A stretch of DNA of 64,000 nt from Patescibacteria group bacterium (GTDB lineage: Bacteria; Patescibacteriota; Patescibacteriia; UBA9570; JAHJKD01). Below are positions 18,575 through 27,318 of the stretch, piece after piece. Numbering within the stretch: position 1 is the stretch's first letter; every line of letters starts with the position of its first letter. The notes beneath the pieces are model-generated. The model saw nothing but the letters and a program-made list of their open reading frames with translations, did no database searches and had not been told where the DNA came from. The stretch is from the NCBI GenBank assembly GCA_041660885.1, contig JBAZVM010000002.1:81538-145537 (forward strand). Direction: 5' to 3'. The translations under genes were made by a program, and so were the position numbers.

Positions 18575-20833
18575 TTAATCGTGCACCTTTACTCTTATCC
18601 TGTCAGATTTAATAGCGGTATTACCATAAGTGCTTCTAGCAGCAACAGTCGATGGTTTCCACCGTACTTGATAATACATGTTTTTAGCTGGTTTTACTGT
18701 GAAAACAGCCTTTCCTTTATGGTTGGTCTTTACGAAAGTTACCAACTTCCAAGTGCCTGATTTCTTGGCTTTTTTATATAATTTCACTTTTTTATGAGCT
18801 AGAACATCTTTGGTTGTGGAATCTTTTAATGTGGCGGTTAAAGTGGCGGAATTTCCTAAAGCGATATTATATTTATTTGCTTTAAAATTCAATTGAGCGT
18901 TGGAATGCATTACATAAACTCCGGTATTGGTTCCAGTAACTAATCCTCGAGTCTTGGCTGTAGCTAGAGCGCTTACACCCGTGGCCGTAGTCCCCGTGGA
19001 AAATACCATGGCATTGAAAGTCTCATCTTTCAAACCGGTATAATACAGGCTGAAATTTTCCCCGGCGTCGGTAGATTTATAAATACTGCCAGTGCCTGAA
19101 GGCCGAGCTGTAGACACATAAACCACATCGCTGCTGCCGGATTCCGTGGCTAACGCGTGATACCAACCCATTTCTTCCAAACCATTGGCGGTTAAATCTG
19201 TCCAAGTAGCGCCGGCGTCTGTGGATTTAAATACTCCGCCTTGATTGGTTTCTCCGGAGGCCGCGTAAACAGCGTCGCCAATTACCATAATATCATTTAC
19301 CATCTGCCCTTCTATATCCCCGGTTAATTGGGTCCATGTAGCACCATCATATTTATAAATGCCTCTTTTTGTGGCCGTGGTATCCCATTCATCGCCTACG
19401 CCGGCATAAATATCGCCATCGGCATCAACCGTTAAAACATTAACTTCTATATCGGTTAAACCCGCAGCAGTCCAAGTAACGCCATGATCAGTGCTTTGCT
19501 GCACTCCACCAGGATACGCGGCATACAAAATACCATCGCTGGTTTCTAGAAAAGCAGAAGCCGGTTCGCTTAATACCGCATCGGATAAAACCCAGGTGGT
19601 ACCGCCGTCTGTTGAATAATATATATTATTCAATTGGCAGGAAACCACATTGTTAATATCGTCCGGATTCATCCAGACCGCGGTGGCATAATCCACATTG
19701 CTGTTGGCAGTTATCGGGAAAGACCAAGTAGGATTGGCATCGGTAAAATTGATGGTCTTGGCCAAACCGCCATAAGCCGCCAGCCAAACCGTATTTTGAT
19801 CGGCGGATTGCGCTAAATCATACACGGTAATACCTAATAGTCCGTCATTCGCTTCGGCCCAAGTGGTGCCGGAATCACTGGTTCTAGCTACGCCAGTCAT
19901 TGATTCTATATACATTATTGCCGTATTGTTGGGGTCAATGCCCAAACTTTCGTCTTTTACCCTAGTCGCGCTGGTAGTTGTGCTGGTTAAAGCGGTCCAA
20001 TCCGTTCCATTATTATCCGTATAATAAGGGCCTGCATAAATTCTATCGCCGCTAAAAACGACGCTGCCGTGATGATCAGCGGTTAAGGTGCTCCAAGTAC
20101 CGGTAACGCCGGTTGTGGTATAAGTGGTGCTAGAACTTCCTTTTAACACTATAAAATTCGCATCTGTTGGTTTAACATCAACTGCGCCGGAAGAACCAGT
20201 TAAAGTTATACCGGTTGTAGCCCAAGTAGCGCCGTTATCCGCACTTTTAAATAAAGTTAAAGTATTTTCACCAGTTTGGCCTAACACATACACATCATTC
20301 GTGGTCGCGGCGGCGGAAATATGACCTATGGAAGTAATCGTGCTATCGACAATCACATTGGTGAAATTATCACCTCCATCACTGCTAATATTAATGGTTC
20401 CGTCTCTCATGCCGACAAACACTCTGCTTTGGCCGTAGTAAAGGGCGTTGCCAACATTTTGCGGGCTTAATTGCTCCCATGTGGCTCCGCCGTCTTCACT
20501 GCGGTATAAATTTATACCACCGATGAAATAAACAGCAGTTGATGATACATCAATATTAGCAATAGTGCCCACATCTTCTTCTGCGGGCAAACCGTTCCAG
20601 GTAGTTGCGCCATCAGTAGAATAAAAGAAACCGTTTGGAGAATTAAAGCCAACATAAACAGCGCTATCCGGGCCGACTTCTAAATCGGCTACATAGCCGC
20701 CATATAATTCCAGGCTAGTGCGCACAGAGCCGTCTTGGTCTTCTTCAAACACCGTATTAGCGGAAGAAACAACGGGCCCCAATAACAACAAAACGCTTAA
20801 AAAAGCGCTTAAATAAAGGATTTTTCCCCTCAT
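18575..20833 (-). CDS. Secreted BNR/Asp-box repeat (sortilin/Ycf48-like beta-propeller) protein with Ig-like Lys-rich C-terminal domain
   Basis: 752 aa. Signal peptide. Many S.DGG.TW Asp-box repeats (STDGATTWN, SEDGGATWE, SADNGATWA, STDGGTTWV, STDHGVTWT, STDAGATWT). Tail KKVKLYKKAKKSGTWKLVTFVKTNHKGKAVFTVKP resembles the FG-GAP paralog tails. Confidence 0.75.
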   Translation of the reverse strand: MRGKILYLSAFLSVLLLLGPVVSSANTVFEEDQDGSVRTSLELYGGYVADLEVGPDSAVYVGFNSPNGFFYSTDGATTWNGLPAEEDVGTIANIDVSSTAVYFIGGINLYRSEDGGATWEQLSPQNVGNALYYGQSRVFVGMRDGTINISSDGGDNFTNVIVDSTITSIGHISAAATTNDVYVLGQTGENTLTLFKSADNGATWATTGITLTGSSGAVDVKPTDANFIVLKGSSSTTYTTTGVTGTWSTLTADHHGSVVFSGDRIYAGPYYTDNNGTDWTALTSTTTSATRVKDESLGIDPNNTAIMYIESMTGVARTSDSGTTWAEANDGLLGITVYDLAQSADQNTVWLAAYGGLAKTINFTDANPTWSFPITANSNVDYATAVWMNPDDINNVVSCQLNNIYYSTDGGTTWVLSDAVLSEPASAFLETSDGILYAAYPGGVQQSTDHGVTWTAAGLTDIEVNVLTVDADGDIYAGVGDEWDTTATKRGIYKYDGATWTQLTGDIEGQMVNDIMVIGDAVYAASGETNQGGVFKSTDAGATWTDLTANGLEEMGWYHALATESGSSDVVYVSTARPSGTGSIYKSTDAGENFSLYYTGLKDETFNAMVFSTGTTATGVSALATAKTRGLVTGTNTGVYVMHSNAQLNFKANKYNIALGNSATLTATLKDSTTKDVLAHKKVKLYKKAKKSGTWKLVTFVKTNHKGKAVFTVKPAKNMYYQVRWKPSTVAARSTYGNTAIKSDRIRVKVHD

Positions 20834-20922
20834 GTTTGTGTTTATTAATGATTATATTAATTTTATTAAATAAATTATAGCAAAAAATCAAATAATGCGC
20901 CAAGATATGCTATAATAAACAT

Positions 20923-21498
20923 ATGAATTTTTTTATTAAACATTATAAATTTTTTATCGCTTTTTTTGTATTAGTGATAATTAACGTCGCTATATATATT
21001 GTCGGTCCTTCAAATATTATAGATACCATAGGGGTATCAAACGGTTATTTGGTGGCTTTTATCGCCGCCGCTACAGCCGGGTTCTCTATGTTTACGGTTT
21101 CCGTGTTTTATTCCGCCTATGTCGCTTTAGTTTCAGCCGGCTTAAACATTTGGCTGCTAGCCTTATGCGCGGGAGTGGGCTTGGCCATAAGTGATACTAT
21201 TTTTTTCTTTACTCTATTGCACGGCCGCAATCTAATGCCCATGAGATGGCGTGAGCAAGCGGATAAATTCGCCAAATGGATGGAAAAAAGAGCAAAGATC
21301 GCCGTACCCTTTATAATTTTTTTCTATTGCATATTAATTCCCCTTTCCACGGATTTTCTTATGCTTGTTATGGCCATAGCAAAACAAAAAATCAGGTTAG
21401 TTTTTCCTTGCCTTATATTAGGTAATATCGTTTTCGCTTTTGAGGTTGCCTACCTTGCTCAACGAGGATACCAATTATTTTGGTGGAATTTTTCTTAA
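20923..21498 (+). CDS. Hypothetical polytopic membrane protein
   Basis: 191 aa, 5-6 predicted TM helices, no motif recognised. Confidence 0.5.
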   Translation: MNFFIKHYKFFIAFFVLVIINVAIYIVGPSNIIDTIGVSNGYLVAFIAAATAGFSMFTVSVFYSAYVALVSAGLNIWLLALCAGVGLAISDTIFFFTLLHGRNLMPMRWREQADKFAKWMEKRAKIAVPFIIFFYCILIPLSTDFLMLVMAIAKQKIRLVFPCLILGNIVFAFEVAYLAQRGYQLFWWNFS

Positions 21499-22191
21499 AT
21501 ACATTAATCTCTTCTGTTCCGAAAATTTTTCAATGGCATATCGAAGCATAGTACGCGGCATCTGTTTATAATATTTCTTTAAAAACGCTTCCTCTTGCGC
21601 CAAATCGCGCTTACCGATTTCCCTAAGCATCCAGCCCACGGCTTTATGAATTAAATCATGTTTATCATTTAATAATATTTTCGCTAACGCAAAAGTATCA
21701 GTAAAATCGTTATTACGAATAAAAGCATAAGTACTCATAATGGCGATACGCCTTTCCCAAAGATTAGCGGACTTGGCCAATTTATATAAAATTTTTCTGT
21801 CTTGGGAAAGCAAATACGGGCCGGATATTTTCGGAGCGGAAAGATCCACTAGATCCCAGTTATTTACGCGTTTGGCGTTGCGTAAATATAAATTAAAAAT
21901 TTCTTTTTGTTTAGCTGGGTCTTTCTTTGCTTTTTGAAACTGATTCACTAAAATAAATAAAGAAATCAAGCGCTCTTCGTGAATTTTGCTGTGCAAAGCC
22001 TTCTTGCAATCTTCTAAAAATAAATCTTTAAATTTTCTGGCGATTATTTTTGATTGGGGGTTGCGAATACCATAAAAAATGTCCCCTTCCCCGTATTCGC
22101 CTTTGCCGGTTTTAAAAAATCTCTGCAAAAAAGACGCGTCTTTTAAATTCTTATATTTTTTAATTTCTTTTTCCAGCTCTATTAAACTCAT
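21475..22191 (-). CDS. DNA alkylation repair protein (AlkD/AlkC-like HEAT-repeat glycosylase family)
   Basis: 238 aa. Family-typical FFKTGKGEYGEGDIFYGIRNPQ and NNWDLVD segments. Confidence 0.65.
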   Translation of the reverse strand: MSLIELEKEIKKYKNLKDASFLQRFFKTGKGEYGEGDIFYGIRNPQSKIIARKFKDLFLEDCKKALHSKIHEERLISLFILVNQFQKAKKDPAKQKEIFNLYLRNAKRVNNWDLVDLSAPKISGPYLLSQDRKILYKLAKSANLWERRIAIMSTYAFIRNNDFTDTFALAKILLNDKHDLIHKAVGWMLREIGKRDLAQEEAFLKKYYKQMPRTMLRYAIEKFSEQKRLMYLRKIPPK

Positions 22192-23558
22192 TTCATTATT
22201 TTTTTAATTATTTTTAAAGACCAAGATCCAATAGGCGGATAGCGCAATGGAAGGTCAATTAAATTGGTTTGCCTCATTACGCTTTTTTGGTTGGAAAAAA
22301 GTTCAAAACTGGCGCGGCCGTGGTATTTGCCGAATCCGCTAGCACCAACTCCGCCAAAAGACAGTTCTTCCGGAGTAAGATGCACCAAAGTATCGTTGAT
22401 GCAGGCTCCGCCGGAAGATGTTTCATGCAAAATTCTTTCTTGAAAATTTACATTATTGGAAAAAACATAAAGCGCCAAGGGTTTTGGACGACTGGTAATA
22501 AAATAAATGGCTTGATTTAAATTATCATATTCCATAATCGGTAAAATTGGACCGAATATTTCTTCTTGCATGATTCTGCTCTTTACGGAAACATCGCTTA
22601 TTAATGTAGGAGCGATAAAAAGTTCATGCGCGTTATTTTCTCCCCCGTATAATACTTTTCCTTCATTAAGATAAGAAACCAATCTTTCGTGATGCTTGCT
22701 ATTGATTATTCGGCCGTATTCTTTACTTTCTCTTGGGTTAACGGTAAAAAATTTTTCCACTGCTTTTTGCAATTCCGCGATTAACGATTCCTTTACGGCG
22801 CGATCCACTAATAAATAATCGGGAGCGATGCAAGTTTGCCCGCAATTTAGAAATTTGCCAAAAGCAATGCGCTTGGCCGCTTTTTTTAGATCACAGTCTT
22901 TATCTACGATACAAGGGCTTTTACCTCCCAATTCTAAAGTTAACGGCGTTAAATTTTGAGCTGCGGCTTGCATCACGATTTTTCCCACAACTTCTCCGCC
23001 CGTAAAAAAAATATAATCGAATTGTTCTTTTAACAAATCCTGTGTTGTTTCCGCGCCGCCTAAAATAACTTTAATGTATTCGTCGGGAAAAAATTCATCA
23101 AACATCTGTTTAATAACCGCGGCGGTGTTTCCGGAAATCTCCGACGGCTTAAGCACGGCGCAATTGCCCGCGGCTATGGCCCCAACCAGAGGAGCGATTA
23201 ATAATTGCAAAGGATAATTCCATGGCGCGATAATTAAACTTACGCCATAAGGTTCGGGAATAATATAATTTTTCGCTAGCGGCCAAAAAAATTCACTCTT
23301 TTTGCGTTGCGGCTTAGCCCACTTTTTTAAATGCTTGATAGCGTAGCTGATTTCCCGCAAAGAACCGCCGATTTCTAAATAATAAGCCTGGGCTTTAGAG
23401 CGATGCAGATCTTTAAACAAGGCTTCTACCAGACTTTCTTCATAAGCTAAAATGGCGGAACGCAATTTAGCAAGCTTTTCCAGGCGAAAAGAAACGCTTT
23501 TCGTTTGCTGGGAAGCAAAAAAGATTCTTTGCTTTTCCAAGGTGCTTTTTATTTCCAT
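22188..23558 (-). CDS. NAD(P)-dependent aldehyde dehydrogenase (ALDH3-like)
   Basis: 456 aa. LELGGKSP, FFTGGEVVGK, and a catalytic Cys region GQTCIAPDY. Confidence 0.9.
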   Translation of the reverse strand: MEIKSTLEKQRIFFASQQTKSVSFRLEKLAKLRSAILAYEESLVEALFKDLHRSKAQAYYLEIGGSLREISYAIKHLKKWAKPQRKKSEFFWPLAKNYIIPEPYGVSLIIAPWNYPLQLLIAPLVGAIAAGNCAVLKPSEISGNTAAVIKQMFDEFFPDEYIKVILGGAETTQDLLKEQFDYIFFTGGEVVGKIVMQAAAQNLTPLTLELGGKSPCIVDKDCDLKKAAKRIAFGKFLNCGQTCIAPDYLLVDRAVKESLIAELQKAVEKFFTVNPRESKEYGRIINSKHHERLVSYLNEGKVLYGGENNAHELFIAPTLISDVSVKSRIMQEEIFGPILPIMEYDNLNQAIYFITSRPKPLALYVFSNNVNFQERILHETSSGGACINDTLVHLTPEELSFGGVGASGFGKYHGRASFELFSNQKSVMRQTNLIDLPLRYPPIGSWSLKIIKKIMK

Positions 23559-23560
23559 AA

Positions 23561-24367
23561 TTAATATATCAATTTTTTTAAAGCGTGAATAATTTTTTCC
23601 GTTTCTTTTTCACCTATTTCAATCAATTGATTTTCTATGGCGGCAGTAAAATATTTTTTCGCGCCTTCATAAGCAGTATATGGTATGGGCAAATTTAAAA
23701 TGAAATCGGAATCTTTCATGCAATATTGCGCCAAATGATGACGCAAAATCTGGAAACTTCTTAAGGTGGTATTAAAATAAGTTAAACGCGATTTATTAAA
23801 AGTAGAATGCGCCTTGCAATCATCCAAATTAACGGAGATTATCACTTCCGCACCCATTTTCCGTAGTATATCATCCGGTATGGGGTTGGAAACGCCGCCA
23901 TCGACTAATATTTTTCCATGCCATTCCACGGGTTTAAACAATCCGGGCACGGCCATGGAAGCGCGCAAAGCCGTAACCACATCTCCCTTTAAAAAAGCCT
24001 CCTGCTCTCCGCTGATTAAATCGGTAGCCACAATACCGCAGGGAATGGATAAATCTTGAATTTTGGTATGAGCGAATATGCTTCTTAAATATTTTTCCAC
24101 TTTCCCGCCTTTTACTAAACCTCCGTGCAAAGAAGGTTCAAAAAAAGTTAAAATCTTATCCTTTTTATAATATAAGGTGTCCTGTTCTAATTTATCTATA
24201 TCTTGGTGCAAAGAAAAATGCGCGGAAACGAAAGAGCCAATGCTGCTGCCGGAAAAAAAATCTATGGGTATTTCATTTTTCAGCAAAGCTTTCAAAACGC
24301 CGATATGCGCCAAGCCTCTGGCACCGCCGGAGCCCAAAGCTAAACCTACTTTTTTTCTTTTATTCAT
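23561..24367 (-). CDS. Patatin-like phospholipase
   Basis: 268 aa. GSGGARG oxyanion motif, GSSIGS nucleophile elbow, DGG catalytic Asp. Confidence 0.85.
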   Translation of the reverse strand: MNKRKKVGLALGSGGARGLAHIGVLKALLKNEIPIDFFSGSSIGSFVSAHFSLHQDIDKLEQDTLYYKKDKILTFFEPSLHGGLVKGGKVEKYLRSIFAHTKIQDLSIPCGIVATDLISGEQEAFLKGDVVTALRASMAVPGLFKPVEWHGKILVDGGVSNPIPDDILRKMGAEVIISVNLDDCKAHSTFNKSRLTYFNTTLRSFQILRHHLAQYCMKDSDFILNLPIPYTAYEGAKKYFTAAIENQLIEIGEKETEKIIHALKKLIY

Positions 24368-24932
24368 ATTTTATTGGTTCAGATTCTAATTTTTCCAGTT
24401 TCAAAACATAACATATTATAAAAAATAACGGGCCAAGGAGAAAATACACCGCGCGCATCCAATTGGGCGCGTGCATGCAATCGCAGATGGGCAACCCCTC
24501 ATAGAGCGCGGTTTGTAAATCGTGCACATTAAAGGCATGATAGCCTATAGTCTCGATGAGCAACAGAGCTGACCAATAAACCACTAAAAATATTATAACG
24601 TCTTTATATTTTTTCTCTATTACAAAATATTTTTTTATAAGCAAAAATATCGTATATATTCCGGTTAGCCCCAAAGACCAAGCGAATAAAGGCAAAAAAT
24701 TTATGCCAAAAAAAGATAAATAATCATGATTATAGCCGTATTGCTCCCGCCCAAGATAAGCCCAAATTAAAGTAATTATCGTGGCCAGCGCCAATCGCGC
24801 GAAATTGTGCTTCTTTTTATACCAAATAAAATACCCTGCCAAAATAATATAAGCCACTAATAACACAATATCCGCTCGAACAAATAAAAGCAGGCTAAAA
24901 ACAATTAAACTTAGCAATAATTCCACTCTCAT
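24360..24932 (-). CDS. Hypothetical membrane protein (first gene of the patatin-ALDH-AlkD operon)
   Basis: 190 aa, several TM helices. Its stop overlaps the patatin start. Confidence 0.5.
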   Translation of the reverse strand: MRVELLLSLIVFSLLLFVRADIVLLVAYIILAGYFIWYKKKHNFARLALATIITLIWAYLGREQYGYNHDYLSFFGINFLPLFAWSLGLTGIYTIFLLIKKYFVIEKKYKDVIIFLVVYWSALLLIETIGYHAFNVHDLQTALYEGLPICDCMHAPNWMRAVYFLLGPLFFIICYVLKLEKLESEPIKYE

Positions 24933-25006
24933 TCTTATATGGTTATCGACTTTACTTTTTTTGTCAATCTAGATAAAATTAGATAAATAATTAAATATAA
25001 TTATCT

Positions 25007-25483
25007 ATGCCAGAACGAGGAGAAAATCATCCGCCAAACGACGCTGTCAGGGCTTTAAATTTTTTCGATCGTTTTATTAGAACAAATCTTGCTTCATACG
25101 ACCCAGCTAAGCGTTTGGATTTTATAGATAAAGTACAAAAGGCTTTGCAAGAGGCTATGCCGGATGTATATGAAAGAATTCCTGCCAGTTCGTCTTGCGC
25201 TATGACTGCCGATGCTCTAAACAGAATCTTAAGAGAAGAAGATCCAAAAAGTAAAATTGTTTCTCAATTGATGATAGAAATACCGGGTATCATTCATTCA
25301 TATCATCCATCTTTAAATTTAGAAAATTCTGATGAATTAGACAAATTACGGACCAGATTAGGAAGGGTACTGGACGAAATATATATGAGCAATAGATCTC
25401 TCGCCACTAATTTATTAAATGGCTATAGTGATGAGAACATCATAGAAGAAGCGATAGATAAATACCGAGCAAAAAATCATTAA
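25007..25483 (+). CDS. Hypothetical protein
   Basis: 158 aa. No recognised motif. Lies upstream of coaDE on the same strand. Confidence 0.5.
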   Translation: MPERGENHPPNDAVRALNFFDRFIRTNLASYDPAKRLDFIDKVQKALQEAMPDVYERIPASSSCAMTADALNRILREEDPKSKIVSQLMIEIPGIIHSYHPSLNLENSDELDKLRTRLGRVLDEIYMSNRSLATNLLNGYSDENIIEEAIDKYRAKNH

Positions 25484-25490
25484 CTACATT

Positions 25491-26579
25491 ATGAAAAAAG
25501 CTATTTACCCTTTATCCGCGGACCCCATTCATAATGGGCATATTTCTAATATCGAAAGACTATTAAACTTAAATCTGGTAGACAAATTATTCATTGCCAT
25601 TGGCAAAAATTACGAAAAAAGAACCAAATATCTTTTTAGTGATGAAGAAAAATTAAAAATCACGAAAAAAGCTTTGGCAATATTTAAAGACCGGGTAGAA
25701 GTGGAAGCTTTCCAAGGCTTGCTGGCGCATTACGCTAAAAAAAGAAGCGTTGATTTAATCATTCGCGGTTGCCGGCACAACAGCGATTTTGAAAACGAAC
25801 AAGTTATTGCCGAATTTAACAAAGCTTACAATTTAACCACTTTAATATTGCCTGCCCCAAAAGACACCTTCAGTTTAAGCTCCACCATGATAAAAGCCAT
25901 CACGGAAAACGGCGGCTTAACCCACGAATTCGTGCCTCCTGTTATTAAGCAGGCTTTGGAGGAAAAAATATTAAACATTACTTTAATCGGCGTCACCGGC
26001 AACACCGGCGCGGGTAAAACCAGTTTCTGCGCCAAGCTAGCCGAATTGAACGATAACTTTTTTTATATCGAGGTAGATAAATTAATAAAAAAATTATACC
26101 AAGAAAATAGCGAAGTGCGAGAAAACGTGAAAAAATCTTTTGGAACAAATATCTATCATAAAAACGAGATAGACCGTAAAAAATTAGCCTCTATAATATT
26201 TTCCGATCCTGTAAAAAGAATGGGACTAGTGGAAATATTAAGAACGCCATTTAAAATAGCCTTGGAGGAAAGTATAAAAAATTTAAACGGATTAATTTTA
26301 ATTGATTGCGCTTATCTGGTTGAATATAATTTAATGCCTTTGATAAATAACAATATAATACTACTTACTTGTTCCGATAAAACCAAGCAAAAAAGAAACA
26401 AGGAAGCCAAAAAAATATCCGAAGCGCAATATTCGGAAAAATTATTAAAAGAGACAATAAAAAAACAACAAGCAATAAATAATTACGGTAATTTTCTGGA
26501 AATCAATACAGAACGTGCTATTGATTACCGGTCCATAGCAGAGCGCCTAAAGCGGTTCCGTATTCTGAATACGAAATAA
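25491..26579 (+). CDS. coaDE: Bifunctional phosphopantetheine adenylyltransferase / dephospho-CoA kinase (CoaD-CoaE fusion)
   Basis: 362 aa. The N-terminal half is PPAT (YPLSADPIHNGH, RGCRHNSDFENE, NGGLTHEFVPPVI). The C-terminal half is DPCK with P-loop IGVTGNTGAGKTS. Confidence 0.85.
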   Translation: MKKAIYPLSADPIHNGHISNIERLLNLNLVDKLFIAIGKNYEKRTKYLFSDEEKLKITKKALAIFKDRVEVEAFQGLLAHYAKKRSVDLIIRGCRHNSDFENEQVIAEFNKAYNLTTLILPAPKDTFSLSSTMIKAITENGGLTHEFVPPVIKQALEEKILNITLIGVTGNTGAGKTSFCAKLAELNDNFFYIEVDKLIKKLYQENSEVRENVKKSFGTNIYHKNEIDRKKLASIIFSDPVKRMGLVEILRTPFKIALEESIKNLNGLILIDCAYLVEYNLMPLINNNIILLTCSDKTKQKRNKEAKKISEAQYSEKLLKETIKKQQAINNYGNFLEINTERAIDYRSIAERLKRFRILNTK

Positions 26580-27318
26580 AATAAGATTTTTTATCTAATT
26601 CTTCCGTGTATTTTTTTAAAAGCTTTTTCAAGCATTCATTATTTTTTAAAGCTGACCCAATATAAACTACGTTCTTAAACCCCCCATAGCGCCGGATTTC
26701 GCTATATAACGCTAAGTCTTTCTTAGTGGTTATGGCCACTATATTCATCAAACCGGCGGCTAAATCTCTTTTTAGCGTTAAAGCGCCGGCTTGCGCGAAA
26801 TTGGCAATTATATAATCTGAAGCATAAAGATCTACAGCTTTATAATCCCCTTTGCCGGCTTGGCTGGATAAATTGTTAAAGTCGTTAAACTCTAGGGCTT
26901 TCGCCATGCCGGCCATGAATCCCCCTCCCAGGGAATTGCCCAAGGGCAATTTAAAAAACTTTTTCCCTTTCACGCGTGTATAAGAGGTTCCCGTTCCGAT
27001 AGAAACCAGCAAAAAATCTTTGGGCGCTTTTTTTCCTTTGGAAATAAAAAGTTTCTTTAAGCCGAAAAGCTGAAGTTTTATTTCTTCTTGTATTTTGTCT
27101 TCCAACAAAACGGGGCGCTTATTATTGATTTTTAAGAATAATAATTCTTTGGGAAAAGTTCCTATGCCCACCACTTGCGCTTCGCTGATTTTTTTTTGCT
27201 TTAGAAGAGATGCTATTTTAGAAAGGGTGTAGTTGGCGCTGGATATGAATTTCACTTTCTTGTCTTCCAAGAAAGCAATTTTTATCAAGCTGCTGCCTAA
27301 ATCTATTCCGGCATTCAT
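26518..27318 (-). CDS. ASKHA-fold kinase, probable type II (Fumble/eukaryotic-type) pantothenate kinase
   Basis: 266 aa. GIDLGSSLIKIAF phosphate-1, SIGTGTS and GGGF motifs as in the Fumble family. Its start ATG shares one nt with the tkt stop (TAATG). Its stop is TAG. Confidence 0.55.
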   Translation of the reverse strand: MNAGIDLGSSLIKIAFLEDKKVKFISSANYTLSKIASLLKQKKISEAQVVGIGTFPKELLFLKINNKRPVLLEDKIQEEIKLQLFGLKKLFISKGKKAPKDFLLVSIGTGTSYTRVKGKKFFKLPLGNSLGGGFMAGMAKALEFNDFNNLSSQAGKGDYKAVDLYASDYIIANFAQAGALTLKRDLAAGLMNIVAITTKKDLALYSEIRRYGGFKNVVYIGSALKNNECLKKLLKKYTEELDKKSYFISYSEYGTALGALLWTGNQ

